Source of the DNA: Alphaproteobacteria bacterium
Lineage (GTDB): Bacteria; Pseudomonadota; Alphaproteobacteria; UBA828
Direction of reading: 5' to 3'
Assembly: GCA_963422645.2 (NCBI GenBank)
Contig: CAXXVO010000004.1
Coordinates: 96,001-160,000, forward strand
DNA: 64,000 bases
Shown here: piece after piece, positions 20,735 through 30,526 of the stretch
Numbering within the stretch: position 1 is the first letter of the stretch
Layout: the number at the start of each line of letters is the position of its first letter
Program-made: the position numbers and the translations under genes
Notes under the pieces: model-generated
The model's database searches: none
Seen by the model: only the letters and a program-made list of their open reading frames with translations
Told to the model about the DNA's origin: nothing

Positions 20735-20994
20735 TTTCTCACCAGGGTCACGGCCTGCGTCGCACCCAGGCGTTCGATCCGCCAGGAGCGGGCCGAAAAG
20801 CGTATCAGGGAATACGGTTGAGGCCCGCGACGCCGCGGGCGGGCGCCTGGGCGCGACCCGAAGGGCGGCGCTCTCCGGCCTACAGAGTGCGTCAAGCCAC
20901 TCGCCCGATGTCCCCGCATCGCGCTTCGCGGCTTTCCTGCTCTGTAGGCCGGAGAGCGCCGCGCAGACCATGACTCTGGTGAGAAATGCGGGTT
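20735..20994 (+). repeat. Structured MITE-like repeat, copy 1 (left TIR clipped by ~8 nt)
   Basis: Aligns over its full length with 51248-51514; TIR TTTCTCACCAGGGTCA / TGACTCTGGTGAGAAATGCGGGTT; perfect 23-bp internal stem 20865-20887/20940-20962. Confidence 0.88.
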
Positions 20995-21523
20995 AGGCGG
21001 CGAAGGTGCCGAAGGCGCCGCGGGAGTAGAGCAGGGGTTCCTGTGCCGCATCGGTGCGCACCGCCTGCACGCGGCCGGTGAGCACCGTGTGGGTCTCGGC
21101 CCGGAGCGTCTGGCCGAGCAGACAGTCGAAGCTCGCGAGCGCGTCCATCAGCACCGGCGCGCCGGTTGCGAGCGTGCCCCAGTCGCCCGTGGTAAAGCGC
21201 TCGGGCACCCTGGACGAGGTCGAGAACTGGGCTGCCAGGTCGAGGTGCTGCGCGCCCAGCACGTTGACGCAGAAGACCCGGCTCTGCAGCGTCGGGTCGT
21301 GAGCGCCCGCCTCGCGGTTGACGCAGGCGAGCAGCAAGGGCGGGTCGGCACTCAGCGAGCAGACGGCGGTGGCGGTCAGCCCGGTGCGCTGCTCGCCGAT
21401 GGAGGTGGTCACGATGGTGACGCCCGCCGCCAGCTGGCGCATGCCCTCCCTGAAGTCGCCGGAATCGACCGCCACCACGGGTGCGGCCAGGGAATCGAAA
21501 TCAAAATCGTCAAGCAGCGACAT
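20993..21523 (-). CDS. Flavin reductase family protein
   Basis: FREGMRQLAAGVTIVTT, GLTATAVCSLSADPP, TGAPVL, THTVLTG. Confidence 0.9.
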   Translation of the reverse strand: MSLLDDFDFDSLAAPVVAVDSGDFREGMRQLAAGVTIVTTSIGEQRTGLTATAVCSLSADPPLLLACVNREAGAHDPTLQSRVFCVNVLGAQHLDLAAQFSTSSRVPERFTTGDWGTLATGAPVLMDALASFDCLLGQTLRAETHTVLTGRVQAVRTDAAQEPLLYSRGAFGTFAA

Positions 21524-21651
21524 AAAGCCCTCTCCCGGCGCGGCACTTACTGTCCCCCAAGGCGCCGCCCGCACATTATGAAGATCGCCGCCGCAGGGGT
21601 CCACGGCACCGGCGGCGCTGCCCTTCGACCTCGCCCTTTGCCCGACCGAAC

Positions 21652-22407
21652 TCAGTGGAAGTAGGCGCCGCCATCGACGACGAGCGTTTGCCCCGTGACG
21701 AAGGCCGAGTCCTGCGACGCGAAGAAGATCACCGCGCCCACGATGTCGTCCGGGTGCTGATCCCGTTGGATGACCCGCGCCTGCCGCGAGATCTCCTGCA
21801 GCTTTTCCAGCTGATGGGGATTCTCGAGCACGCCTTCGGACAAGGTGAAGCCGGGCGCCACCGCGTTGACCCGGATGTCGGCGGCGCCGAGTTCCTTGGC
21901 CAGGGCCTTGGTCATCGCGTTGACGGCGCCCTTGCTCGCCACGTAGTGCAGCATGAAGGGAACACCCTTGAAGGGCGTCCCGGACGAGAGGTTGACGATC
22001 GAGCCTCCGCCCTGCCGACGCATCGCGGGGACGACCGCGCGGGTCGCCATCGCCTGCCCGATGACGTTCACCTCGAGCACGCGCCGCCACTCGTCGATGT
22101 CCAGGTCCTCGAAGGGCGTCATCTGCAGCGAGGAGTAGATCCCGGCGTTATTGACCAGCACGTCGATACGGCCGAACGCCTCCAGAGCGGTATTCGCCAT
22201 CGCCTCGGTGTCGCCTTGGCTCGACACGTCGCAGGGGACGCCAATGACGCTGTTCCGCGCGTTGTCGAGCGCCTTCGCGGCCTCCGCTGCGCCCTCGCGG
22301 TCGGCGATGACCACGCTCGCCCCTTCCGCGAGGAGAGCCTGCACGATCGCCTGTCCGATCCCCATCGCCCCGCCGGTGACAATCGCGACCTTCCCGCTGC
22401 AACGCAT
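21652..22407 (-). CDS. SDR-family oxidoreductase
   Basis: TGGAMGIG, NNAG, YVASKG. Confidence 0.93.
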   Translation of the reverse strand: MRCSGKVAIVTGGAMGIGQAIVQALLAEGASVVIADREGAAEAAKALDNARNSVIGVPCDVSSQGDTEAMANTALEAFGRIDVLVNNAGIYSSLQMTPFEDLDIDEWRRVLEVNVIGQAMATRAVVPAMRRQGGGSIVNLSSGTPFKGVPFMLHYVASKGAVNAMTKALAKELGAADIRVNAVAPGFTLSEGVLENPHQLEKLQEISRQARVIQRDQHPDDIVGAVIFFASQDSAFVTGQTLVVDGGAYFH

Positions 22408-22443
22408 CGTCTGTTTCCTTCCGCTTCCCCTGCATCCCGCCGA

Positions 22444-23094
22444 CTATGCCAAACCGAGTTCGATCGGTCTCTCGGCGTACACCCGATATGTCTGCGACTT
22501 CGGCTTGTCCCGGTCCTCAATGTTGACGTAGCGGATGGACGACGCGCCGAGCAGCGATCGCGGCAGGACCATGGTTCGAATGAAGCGGCTGGGAACGTCG
22601 TTCGACGCTTGCGCGAAGACGGGTTCCGGTCCGCTCTCGAACCAAGCGCCGCCGGGACCGTAGGCAGAGGACCGGCCTTCCGTATCGATTCTTATCACTC
22701 CCTCTCGCAGGCATCGGATTCCGGGCCCTTGATGCGTGTGAAGAAGGGCCGTCCCCCCGGGCGGGAAGGCGACACTATCGAGCCGGATCAAGAGGTTGTC
22801 GGCGATCGCGGCCGGCTCGACCCGGCCGGCAAGACGAAGGCTCGTCCGATGAGTGTAGAGGTCAGCGTCCGCATCGGCAGGCCCGACCTCCCATCGCCAG
22901 ACCGTGGCGCCGTCTCCGCCTGCGCGCACCGTCGCCGCGTCCGTCGAGACGAGTCCTCCATCCAAGGGGACATCCTCTCCACTCACGGAGACGCTGCCGG
23001 CCGAGACGTAGATCGCCCACGGTGCAGGAGCCTCGAAGCGGACCTCCTCGCCGCCGAACAGGGTGTCCTCGAACAGGCGCAACTCATAAGGCAT
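22444..23094 (-). CDS. Cupin-domain protein
   Basis: FPPGG...HTHQGPGIRCL.EG cupin motif. Confidence 0.7.
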   Translation of the reverse strand: MPYELRLFEDTLFGGEEVRFEAPAPWAIYVSAGSVSVSGEDVPLDGGLVSTDAATVRAGGDGATVWRWEVGPADADADLYTHRTSLRLAGRVEPAAIADNLLIRLDSVAFPPGGTALLHTHQGPGIRCLREGVIRIDTEGRSSAYGPGGAWFESGPEPVFAQASNDVPSRFIRTMVLPRSLLGASSIRYVNIEDRDKPKSQTYRVYAERPIELGLA

Positions 23095-23160
23095 TCGTTG
23101 TGACCTCACAGACGTAGTGGAGACACCCAGAGGGCCCGGCCCAACAAGACCTGCGGCGCA

Positions 23161-23805
23161 TCAGTAGGCGACCGGGAGCGGGTCCAGGCTCCGCCACAGG
23201 TGCCAGACCGCCACCGAGCGCCAAGGCCGCCAACATTCCGCATGGGCCTCGATCGCGTCCGGGTCCATCGAGCTGCCGTCGCCGTAGTGCTTGCCCATGG
23301 CCCGGCGCACGCCGATGTCGGCAAGCGGCAGCACGTCCGGCCGCTGCAGGTAGAAGATCAGCACCATCTCGGCGGTCCATCGCCCCACCCCCCGCAGCGC
23401 AATCAGATCGTCGATCACCGCCTCGTCGTCAGCGCCCTGCCAGCGCTCCGGGTCGATGGTCCCGGAGACGAAAGCGATCGCGATGTCGCGCAGGTAGCCC
23501 GACTTCTGGCGGGTGAGACCGGCGCCGCGCAGCTCATCTTGCGTGCAGGCCGCGACCTCGGGCGGCGCGACGGTGCCGACGCAGGCTTCGAGCCGCGCCC
23601 AGATGCTGTCCGCCGCGCGCACCGAGATCTGCTGGGCCACGATGGAGCGTGCGAGGGTGAGGAAGAGGTCGCCCTGGCCGACCAGACCCTCGCCCTCGTA
23701 GCGCGCCATGAGCGCCGCCATCGCCGGGTCGGCGGCGGCGAGCGCGGCCCGCGCCTCCTGCCAATAGGCCGGTTGCCCCACCGGCCCGCTCGCCCATCGC
23801 GGCAT
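23161..23805 (-). CDS. alkA: DNA-3-methyladenine glycosylase II (AlkA-like, HhH-GPD)
   Basis: SIVAQQIS, LRGVGRWTAEM, DVLPLADIG, WRPWRS. Confidence 0.85.
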   Translation of the reverse strand: MPRWASGPVGQPAYWQEARAALAAADPAMAALMARYEGEGLVGQGDLFLTLARSIVAQQISVRAADSIWARLEACVGTVAPPEVAACTQDELRGAGLTRQKSGYLRDIAIAFVSGTIDPERWQGADDEAVIDDLIALRGVGRWTAEMVLIFYLQRPDVLPLADIGVRRAMGKHYGDGSSMDPDAIEAHAECWRPWRSVAVWHLWRSLDPLPVAY

Positions 23806-23838
23806 GGCGCCTGCTCTCCCCTTCCCTTGAGCCCCGGA

Positions 23839-24774
23839 TCAACGCCGGGCGAAGCTCGGCATCGGCTCCTCGATGCCTTCGGGGTCGGCGTGGATGAAGA
23901 CCTCCGCGTGGGGGAAGGCCTCGCGGATACGGTCCTCGACGGCGTCGGAAATCTCGTGGGCGCGGAGCAGCGTGAGCGAGCGGTCCATCTCGACATGGAC
24001 CTGGATGAAGGAACTGATGCCTGCGCGGCGGGTCCTGAGGTCGTGGCAGTCCAGCACCTCCGGGTGCTCCAGCACGATCTGGAGGATGCGCGCGCGGTCC
24101 TCCTCCGGGAGCTCATGGTCCATCAGCTGCTCGATCGCGCTCCGCCCGACCCGGTACGCGGCATGGATGATGACGCCCGCGATCACGATGGCGATGATCG
24201 GGTCGGCCAGACCCCAGCCCAGGGTCAGCGCCAGCGCCAGCGCCGCGATCACGCCGATGTTCGTCAGGATGTCGGAGGCATAGTGCAGCGAATCGGCCTT
24301 GATCGCGGTCGAGCCGGTGAGCCGCACCACCCGGCGCTGATAGGTCACCAGCGCCGCGGTGACGAGGGTGGCGAAGACCATGACCCCGATCCCTACCGGC
24401 GCGCGCTCGATCGGTTCCGGCTCCATAATTCGACCGACCGCCTCGACGATGAGGAAGATCCCAGACGCGCTAATGAAGAGCGCCTGTCCGAGGCCCGCCA
24501 ACGGCTCCGCCTTGCCGTGGCCGAAGCGATGCTCGCGGTCCGCCGGCTGGAGCGCCTGGCGTACGGCGAACAAATTGATGAGCGAGGCGAGCACGTCCAT
24601 CACCGAATCGGCGAGCGACGAGAGCAGGCTCACGGAATCGGTCACGAGCCAGGCGCCGAGCTTGGCGGCGATCATCAAGGCGGCGGCGGCGACCGCAACA
24701 TTGGTTGCGCGGCGCATCAGCTGGTGTGCGCGTTCGGGCTCGACTTGGGGTCCGCTCAGGGTCTCGGGTTTCAC
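23839..24774 (-). CDS. fieF: Cation diffusion facilitator (FieF-like); start uncertain
   Basis: SLADSVMD, HRFGHGKAE, ADSLHYASD, HDLRTR. Confidence 0.85.
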   Translation of the reverse strand: MKPETLSGPQVEPERAHQLMRRATNVAVAAAALMIAAKLGAWLVTDSVSLLSSLADSVMDVLASLINLFAVRQALQPADREHRFGHGKAEPLAGLGQALFISASGIFLIVEAVGRIMEPEPIERAPVGIGVMVFATLVTAALVTYQRRVVRLTGSTAIKADSLHYASDILTNIGVIAALALALTLGWGLADPIIAIVIAGVIIHAAYRVGRSAIEQLMDHELPEEDRARILQIVLEHPEVLDCHDLRTRRAGISSFIQVHVEMDRSLTLLRAHEISDAVEDRIREAFPHAEVFIHADPEGIEEPMPSFARR

Positions 24775-24990
24775 GCCGGGCGCGCTCCGCGCATCTTGGC
24801 CAGGGACCGCACCGAGAGTGCGCATGCTCCGCACGCCGCTCGCGCGACGTACGTCGTTGGCCGGTGCTTATAGCACAGCCACGACGAAGAGCTGCACTTC
24901 AGCGCATGAACGACGGCGGCTCCTTGCGGCGCCGCGGGTTTCGTGTAGGATGCCACAATACGCGGGAAATCAAGACAATACGAGGATTCG

Positions 24991-25806
24991 ATGGCGGATG
25001 CTTCGCCTTTAATGGCGGGCAAGCGCGGCATCGTGATGGGCGTTGCGAACGCGCGCTCCCTCGCTTGGGGCGTGGCTCACTCCCTCGCCGACCATGGTGC
25101 CGAGCTGGCCTTCACCTTCCAAGGCGACGCGATCGAGAAGCGGCTCAGGCCGCTCGCCGAATCGGTGGGCTCCGACTTTGTGCTCCCCTGCGACGTGACC
25201 GACGAGGCGAGCGTCGATGCCACCTTCGAGGCAATCGCCGAGCGCTGGGGCCACCTCGACTTCCTCGTCCACGCCATCGCCTATTCCGACAAGGAAGAGC
25301 TGAAAGGGCGCTATCTAGACACCACGCTCGAGAACTTCCAGACCACGCTTCAGATCTCGTGCTACTCGTTCACGGCGCTCTGCCAGCGCGCCGTGCCGCT
25401 GATGGGCGATGAGGGAGGCAGCCTGCTCACGCTCACCTACATGGGTGCCGAGCGCTGGGTGCCGCACTACAACGTGATGGGCGTCGCCAAGGCCGCGCTG
25501 GAGGCGAGCGTGCGCTATCTCGCCGCCGACCTGGGCGATCGCAACATCCGGGTCAACGCGATTTCTGCCGGCCCGGTCAAGACCTTGGCTGCCTCGGGCA
25601 TCGGTGATTTCCGCTACATCATGAAGTGGAACGAGTACAACGCCCCACTCAGGCGCAACGTCACCATCGACGAAGTGGGCGGTGCCGCCACCTATCTGTT
25701 GAGCGAGCTGGGCCGCGGCGTCACCGGCGAGGTTCATCACGTGGACTGCGGCTACCACATCGTCGGCATGAAGCGGCCGGACGCGCCCGACATCTCGGTC
25801 GTCTAG
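24991..25806 (+). CDS. fabI: Enoyl-ACP reductase
   Basis: [33 protein letters not shown]. Confidence 0.96.
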   Translation: MADASPLMAGKRGIVMGVANARSLAWGVAHSLADHGAELAFTFQGDAIEKRLRPLAESVGSDFVLPCDVTDEASVDATFEAIAERWGHLDFLVHAIAYSDKEELKGRYLDTTLENFQTTLQISCYSFTALCQRAVPLMGDEGGSLLTLTYMGAERWVPHYNVMGVAKAALEASVRYLAADLGDRNIRVNAISAGPVKTLAASGIGDFRYIMKWNEYNAPLRRNVTIDEVGGAATYLLSELGRGVTGEVHHVDCGYHIVGMKRPDAPDISVV

Positions 25807-25823
25807 GTCCGCCACCCTCTAAC

Positions 25824-26894
25824 ATGGCCAGCAACAGCTTCGGCCTGCTCTTCCGGGTCACGACCTGGGGCGAGAGCCACGGGCCGGCCATCGGCTGCGT
25901 CGTCGACGGCGTGCCGCCGCGCTTGGCTCTTTCCGAAGCCGACATCCAGCCCGCTCTCGACCGGCGCCGGCCAGGCACCTCTCGCTTCGTCACGCAGCGG
26001 CGCGAGTCGGATAGCGTGCGCATCCTCTCCGGCGTATTCGAGGGCCAGACCACCGGCACGCCCATCGCACTCGTAATCGAGAACGAGGACGCGCGGAGCC
26101 GCGACTACGGCCCGATCAAGGAGACCTATCGTCCCGGCCACGCCGATTTCACCTATGACGCGAAGTACGGCATCCGCGATTACCGGGGCGGCGGGCGGGC
26201 CAGTGCGCGCGAGACCGCCATGCGCGTCGCCGCCGGCGCCATCGCGCAGAAGGTTCTCGGTGACGGGGTGACGATCCGGGGCGCGGTCATCCAGGTCGGC
26301 GAGCATGCCGTCGACCGCGCGCGCTGGGACTGGGCCGAGACGGCGCAGAACCCCTTCTTCTGCCCCGATGCCGCCAGCGTGGCGGTCTGGGAGCAGGCGC
26401 TCGATGCCGCCCGCAAGGCCGGCACCTCCCTCGGCGCCATCGTCGAGGTGGAGGCCGACGGCGTGCCGGCAGGCCTGGGCGCGCCGGTCTATGGCAAGAT
26501 CGACGCCGACCTTGCCGCCGCCATGGTGAGCATCAACGCAGTCAAGGGGGTCGAGATCGGCGCAGGCTTCGCCGCCGCCGCCATGAGCGGCGACGTGAGC
26601 GGCGACGAGATCCGCATGGAGGAGGGCGCTCCCCGCTTCCTCACCAACAATGCCGGCGGCGTGCTCGGCGGCATCACCACCGGCCAGCCGGTCGTGGCCC
26701 GCTTCGTGGTCAAGCCCACAAGCTCGATCCGCACGCCCCGCCGTACCATCACAGCCAGGGGCGAGGAGACCGAGGTCTCCACCGCAGGCCGGCACGATCC
26801 CTGCGTCGGCATCCGCGCGGTGCCGGTGGGCGAGGCGATGATGGCCTGCGTGCTGGCCGATCATCTGCTGCGCCACCGCGCCCAGTGCGGTTAG
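25824..26894 (+). CDS. aroC: Chorismate synthase
   Basis: [31 protein letters not shown]. Confidence 0.97.
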   Translation: MASNSFGLLFRVTTWGESHGPAIGCVVDGVPPRLALSEADIQPALDRRRPGTSRFVTQRRESDSVRILSGVFEGQTTGTPIALVIENEDARSRDYGPIKETYRPGHADFTYDAKYGIRDYRGGGRASARETAMRVAAGAIAQKVLGDGVTIRGAVIQVGEHAVDRARWDWAETAQNPFFCPDAASVAVWEQALDAARKAGTSLGAIVEVEADGVPAGLGAPVYGKIDADLAAAMVSINAVKGVEIGAGFAAAAMSGDVSGDEIRMEEGAPRFLTNNAGGVLGGITTGQPVVARFVVKPTSSIRTPRRTITARGEETEVSTAGRHDPCVGIRAVPVGEAMMACVLADHLLRHRAQCG

Positions 26895-26931
26895 GGCGCC
26901 GCACGACGTCCACCGCCAAGGGGAGAGAGCC

Positions 26932-27522
26932 ATGCCGGCCAAGCAAGCGGCCCGCAAGGCGGAGCGTGTCCACGCGCTGCGCCTGCCCGATCAGCGCAAG
27001 AACCCGCCGGAAATCCGCGCCATCTTCGCGCGCTGCCTGGAGAAGATCGGCTTCGTGCCCAACGTGCTCTACTCCTACACGCTCCGGCCCCGCAAGTTCG
27101 AGCTCTTCCGCCGCTACAACAACGAGCTGATGCTGGGCGAGTCCGGCCTCTCCGCCCTGGAGCGGGAGATGATCGCGGTCGTCGTCTCCTGCGTGAACCA
27201 TTGCCACTACTGCCTGGTGGCGCACGGGGCGCAGGTCCGCCTCCTCGCGGGCGATCCGGTCCTGGGCGACCAGCTCGTCGCCAACTACCGCGCGGCGCCG
27301 CTCTCCCGCCGCCAGCGCGCGATGCTGGACTTCACCTGGAAGCTCAGCGAGAGCCCGGATTCCGTGGGCGCCGCCGACCGCGCGGCGCTCAGGAAGGCCG
27401 GCTTCAGCGACGAGGACATCTTCGACATCGCCGAGGTCGCGGGCTTCTACAACATGACCAACCGGCTCGCCGCCGCCATCGATATGCGCCCCAACCGGGA
27501 GTACTACAGTTTGGGGCGCTGA
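26932..27522 (+). CDS. Peroxidase-related AhpD/CMD-family protein
   Basis: GFVPNV, EREMIAVVVS..NHCHYCLVAHG, NMTNR. Confidence 0.88.
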   Translation: MPAKQAARKAERVHALRLPDQRKNPPEIRAIFARCLEKIGFVPNVLYSYTLRPRKFELFRRYNNELMLGESGLSALEREMIAVVVSCVNHCHYCLVAHGAQVRLLAGDPVLGDQLVANYRAAPLSRRQRAMLDFTWKLSESPDSVGAADRAALRKAGFSDEDIFDIAEVAGFYNMTNRLAAAIDMRPNREYYSLGR

Positions 27523-27531
27523 AGACACGCC

Positions 27532-27563
27532 AAGGGCCTGCCCCGATGCGAGGCAGGCCCTTT
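27532..27563. terminator. Bidirectional terminator hairpin between convergent genes
   Basis: AAGGGCCTGCC...GGCAGGCCCTTT. Confidence 0.7.
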
Positions 27564-27586
27564 CGCGTGTCGAAGTTCTTTCCGGG

Positions 27587-28492
27587 CTAGGCGTGCGCCA
27601 CTGACGCGGCCTCTTCCCGCTGCTTGCGGTGCGCGGCGCGCATGGCCTTCTGCAACTTCTTGAAGGCCCGCTCCTCGATCTGGCGGATGCGCTCGCGCGA
27701 GACGCCGTATTCCTGGCTCAGCTCCTCGAGCGTCTTTGGCTCTTCCTTCAGGCGCCGCTCGGTCAGGATGTGCTGCTCGCGGTCGGTGAGCACCTCGAGC
27801 GAGTCCGCGAAGAGCTGCCTGCGGTGGTCGAGCTCGTTCGCTTCCAGAACGGTGGTCTCCTGGCTCTGGGTGGAGTCTTCGAGCCAGTCCAGCCACTCGC
27901 CGCCACCTTCCTCGCGGACCGGCGCGTTGAGCGACTGATCGGGGCCCATCATCCGCCGGTTCATGGAGACCACGTCGTTCTGCGAAACGTTGAGCGCCGT
28001 CGAGATATGCTCGACCTGCTCGGGCGTCAGGTCGCCTTCGTCGATCGCCTCGATCTCGCCTTTCAGCTTGCGCAGGTTGAAGAAGAGCTTCTTCTGTGCC
28101 GCCGTGGTGCCCATCTTCACCAGCGACCAGGAGTGCAGGACGTATTCCTGCATCGAGGCGCGGATCCACCACATGGCGTAGGTCGCGAGGCGGAAGCCGC
28201 GGTCAGGATCGAAGCGCTTGACCGCCTGCATGAGTCCGATGTTGCCCTCGGAGATCAGCTCGCCCACCGGCAGGCCGTAGCCGCGATAGCCCATCGCGAT
28301 CTTGGCCACCAGGCGCAGGTGGCTGGTCACGAGCCGGTGCGCCGCCTCGGCGTCGTCGTGCTCGCGCCAGCGCTTGGCCAGCATGAACTCCTCCTCGGGC
28401 GTGAGGAGCGGGAATTGGCGGATCTCGCGGAGGTAGCGGGAGACTCCGCTTCCACTCATTGTCGCCGGTATCGGAACGGCGCGCGCTGCCAT
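27587..28492 (-). CDS. rpoH: RNA polymerase sigma-32 factor
   Basis: SHLRLVAKIA, EGNIGLMQAVKRF, RpoH box TTAAQKKLFFNLR, VSRERIRQIE. Confidence 0.96.
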   Translation of the reverse strand: MAARAVPIPATMSGSGVSRYLREIRQFPLLTPEEEFMLAKRWREHDDAEAAHRLVTSHLRLVAKIAMGYRGYGLPVGELISEGNIGLMQAVKRFDPDRGFRLATYAMWWIRASMQEYVLHSWSLVKMGTTAAQKKLFFNLRKLKGEIEAIDEGDLTPEQVEHISTALNVSQNDVVSMNRRMMGPDQSLNAPVREEGGGEWLDWLEDSTQSQETTVLEANELDHRRQLFADSLEVLTDREQHILTERRLKEEPKTLEELSQEYGVSRERIRQIEERAFKKLQKAMRAAHRKQREEAASVAHA

Positions 28493-28579
28493 TGTTCCAT
28501 CCCTCCTCTATTCGAGACGCTTCGGCGTCTCTGGTGCCGCGCCGCACTCTCCTACCACGCCTGCGGCTCCATGAGGGAG

Positions 28580-28608
28580 AAATGGACCCAAAAAAGGGCG
28601 TTTTCAAG
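28580..28608 (-). promoter_or_regulatory. Putative sigma-32-type promoter upstream of rpoH
   Basis: Minus strand CTTGAA-N17-CCATTT, matching the RpoH consensus. Confidence 0.55.
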
Positions 28609-28647
28609 GCAATTCGTCTTATATCAAGGCTTTGTGATTCTTATGTC

Positions 28648-30526
28648 GTAACTGCCCAGGTTCTTGCTGTGAAAATTCTCTGGGATTCGGCACAACGCTA
28701 CCCACGCGACGCCCGTGTGCTCCTCTGGGGTCGCCGGGTTTCACAGCTCACGATGCCCCTCTTGCGGACTGCGACCGGTAAGCTACCCCGATGTGGCCCG
28801 AAGTCCGCCCGCGCGACGGGCACCGATTTTCATTCTATGGGGTGGTCCAGCACGGCGTCGACCATGATCGTTTATGAGAATGGCTCCGCTGTTGGAGAAC
28901 CCGTGCCAGGTGAGCTTACGCGCACTTGACGGTGGCGATGAGCCGATCCGATGGGCTGGTCAGGGCTTCGATGATATTCCAGCCCTGCTTTCTGGCGGTG
29001 GTGATGACGCTGCGCAGGATGGCGAAGTTCTCGGCCCCCTGCGCGGACCGGAAGCCCCCGGAGATCTTCTGGCGCAGCTTCATCATCCGAAGGTCGCGCT
29101 CGGCCTCGTTGTTCGTGAACCCGACCTCGAGGTCGATCAGGAACCGGAGCACCGCGCATTTGTGGTCGCGCAGCCTCAAGGCCGGATTGTGACCGATCCT
29201 TCGCTTCCGGCGCTTCTTCCTCTTGCCAGGCGAGAACGGTGGTTGGCTCTCGTGAAAGGCCAGCGCATCGGCGATGATCTCGTCGTATCGGCGCTCGATC
29301 AGCGCCACAAGCCTCGCCGGAACGGCGATATCCTTGTCCAGCGCGATGCGGGCGGCGCGATTGGCTCGGCGCAGGAGCTGCTGCATCCGCCGGGCCCAAG
29401 CCTCCCCTTCGATGTCCACCAGCGCCTGCAACTCCCGCAGGTGATGGGCGTTGCACAGGCCGTGCTCCACCCCTTCCATCGCGAAGTACGGCTTCCAGTG
29501 ATCGTGCACGACGATGCCGGAGACACCCGAGAGCAGGGCGCCGCGCTTGCCGCTGACCCGGTACGCCGCCAGCAGCGGCGTGCAGATCACATGAAGCCAC
29601 TGCGTCTGACCGCCGATCCGCAAGCCGGTCTCGTCCATGTGTTTCACCCGCGCCGTGCCCGCCGCCAGGTCCTGTATGTGCAAGGCCGCGTCCCGCAGCC
29701 GCTCGGCCGCCCTCTCGCTCATCGTCGCCAACGTCGCAGCCGTCACCGGCGCGCCGAAGAGCTCGGCCATCACCTGCGACAGCCGATCCTCCGGCAGGAA
29801 GTGAGCGTGCTGAAGGTAGACCGCCACCCCGGCAATGCGCGGGCCGTACTGCACCGGCGCCGACACCCCGTCGGGGAACGCCGCCCGGGTCACCGTCCCG
29901 CAATGCCCGCAGCACTTGGCATGCGCCCGGTGCTCGGTCACCTCCAGGGGGCTCGGCTCGGGCAGATCGAACACCTGGCGGGCGACGGGCGTTCCCGCCC
30001 TGGCCGCGTCCGAAAGCGGCGAACCGCATCCCTTGCAGGAAGCCGGGACGTGATCCTTCACCCGATCCGGGTGATCGGCGCGGCGCAGCGTCTTGCCCTT
30101 GTGGCCGGGCTGGCCACCGGGCTTGCGGCCCGATTTGCCGCGCAGGCTTCGGGTTCGCCGCTTCGAATTCGGCTTCCTCAGCCCATCGCTCGAAGGCGGC
30201 TTGCCGCTGTTGAGGCCGAGACGGCGCTCCAACTCCTCGATGCGCTCGACGAGACGCGCGACTTGCTCTTCCAGCCGCGCGTTCTGCTGCCGAAGCCAGG
30301 CATTTTCCTCCCGAAGCCGGGCGTTCTCCTCCTCCAGGCGGGCGATCTTCTGCGCGGGCGTTTCGGGCGCTGCTCCCGTCGAAGGGCCGCGCGGCGACTC
30401 GGGATTGCTCATGTCGTTGTTGAGTCATTTCCCGAAATTCCCGTCAAGCCCTTTCCACCAACTCCGAACGAGAAACGCCTCAATCCACTGGCCCAAAATG
30501 ACAAATCAGACGACCTGGGCAGTTAC
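28648..30526 (-). mobile_element. IS66-family single-gene element, copy A (1879 bp)
   Basis: IR GTAACTGCCCAGGT at both ends; 8-bp TSD CTTATGTC (28640-28647, 30527-30534). Confidence 0.95.
28916..30412 (-). CDS. tnpC: IS66-family transposase
   Basis: NSGKPPSSD, HMDETG, CNAHHLREL, TNNEAERDLR, KISGGFRS. Confidence 0.93.
   Translation of the reverse strand: MSNPESPRGPSTGAAPETPAQKIARLEEENARLREENAWLRQQNARLEEQVARLVERIEELERRLGLNSGKPPSSDGLRKPNSKRRTRSLRGKSGRKPGGQPGHKGKTLRRADHPDRVKDHVPASCKGCGSPLSDAARAGTPVARQVFDLPEPSPLEVTEHRAHAKCCGHCGTVTRAAFPDGVSAPVQYGPRIAGVAVYLQHAHFLPEDRLSQVMAELFGAPVTAATLATMSERAAERLRDAALHIQDLAAGTARVKHMDETGLRIGGQTQWLHVICTPLLAAYRVSGKRGALLSGVSGIVVHDHWKPYFAMEGVEHGLCNAHHLRELQALVDIEGEAWARRMQQLLRRANRAARIALDKDIAVPARLVALIERRYDEIIADALAFHESQPPFSPGKRKKRRKRRIGHNPALRLRDHKCAVLRFLIDLEVGFTNNEAERDLRMMKLRQKISGGFRSAQGAENFAILRSVITTARKQGWNIIEALTSPSDRLIATVKCA

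Noticed and set aside
20735-20994. Hammerhead ribozyme within the structured repeat
   Set aside because: GAAA is present but no CUGANGA core was found in the required position
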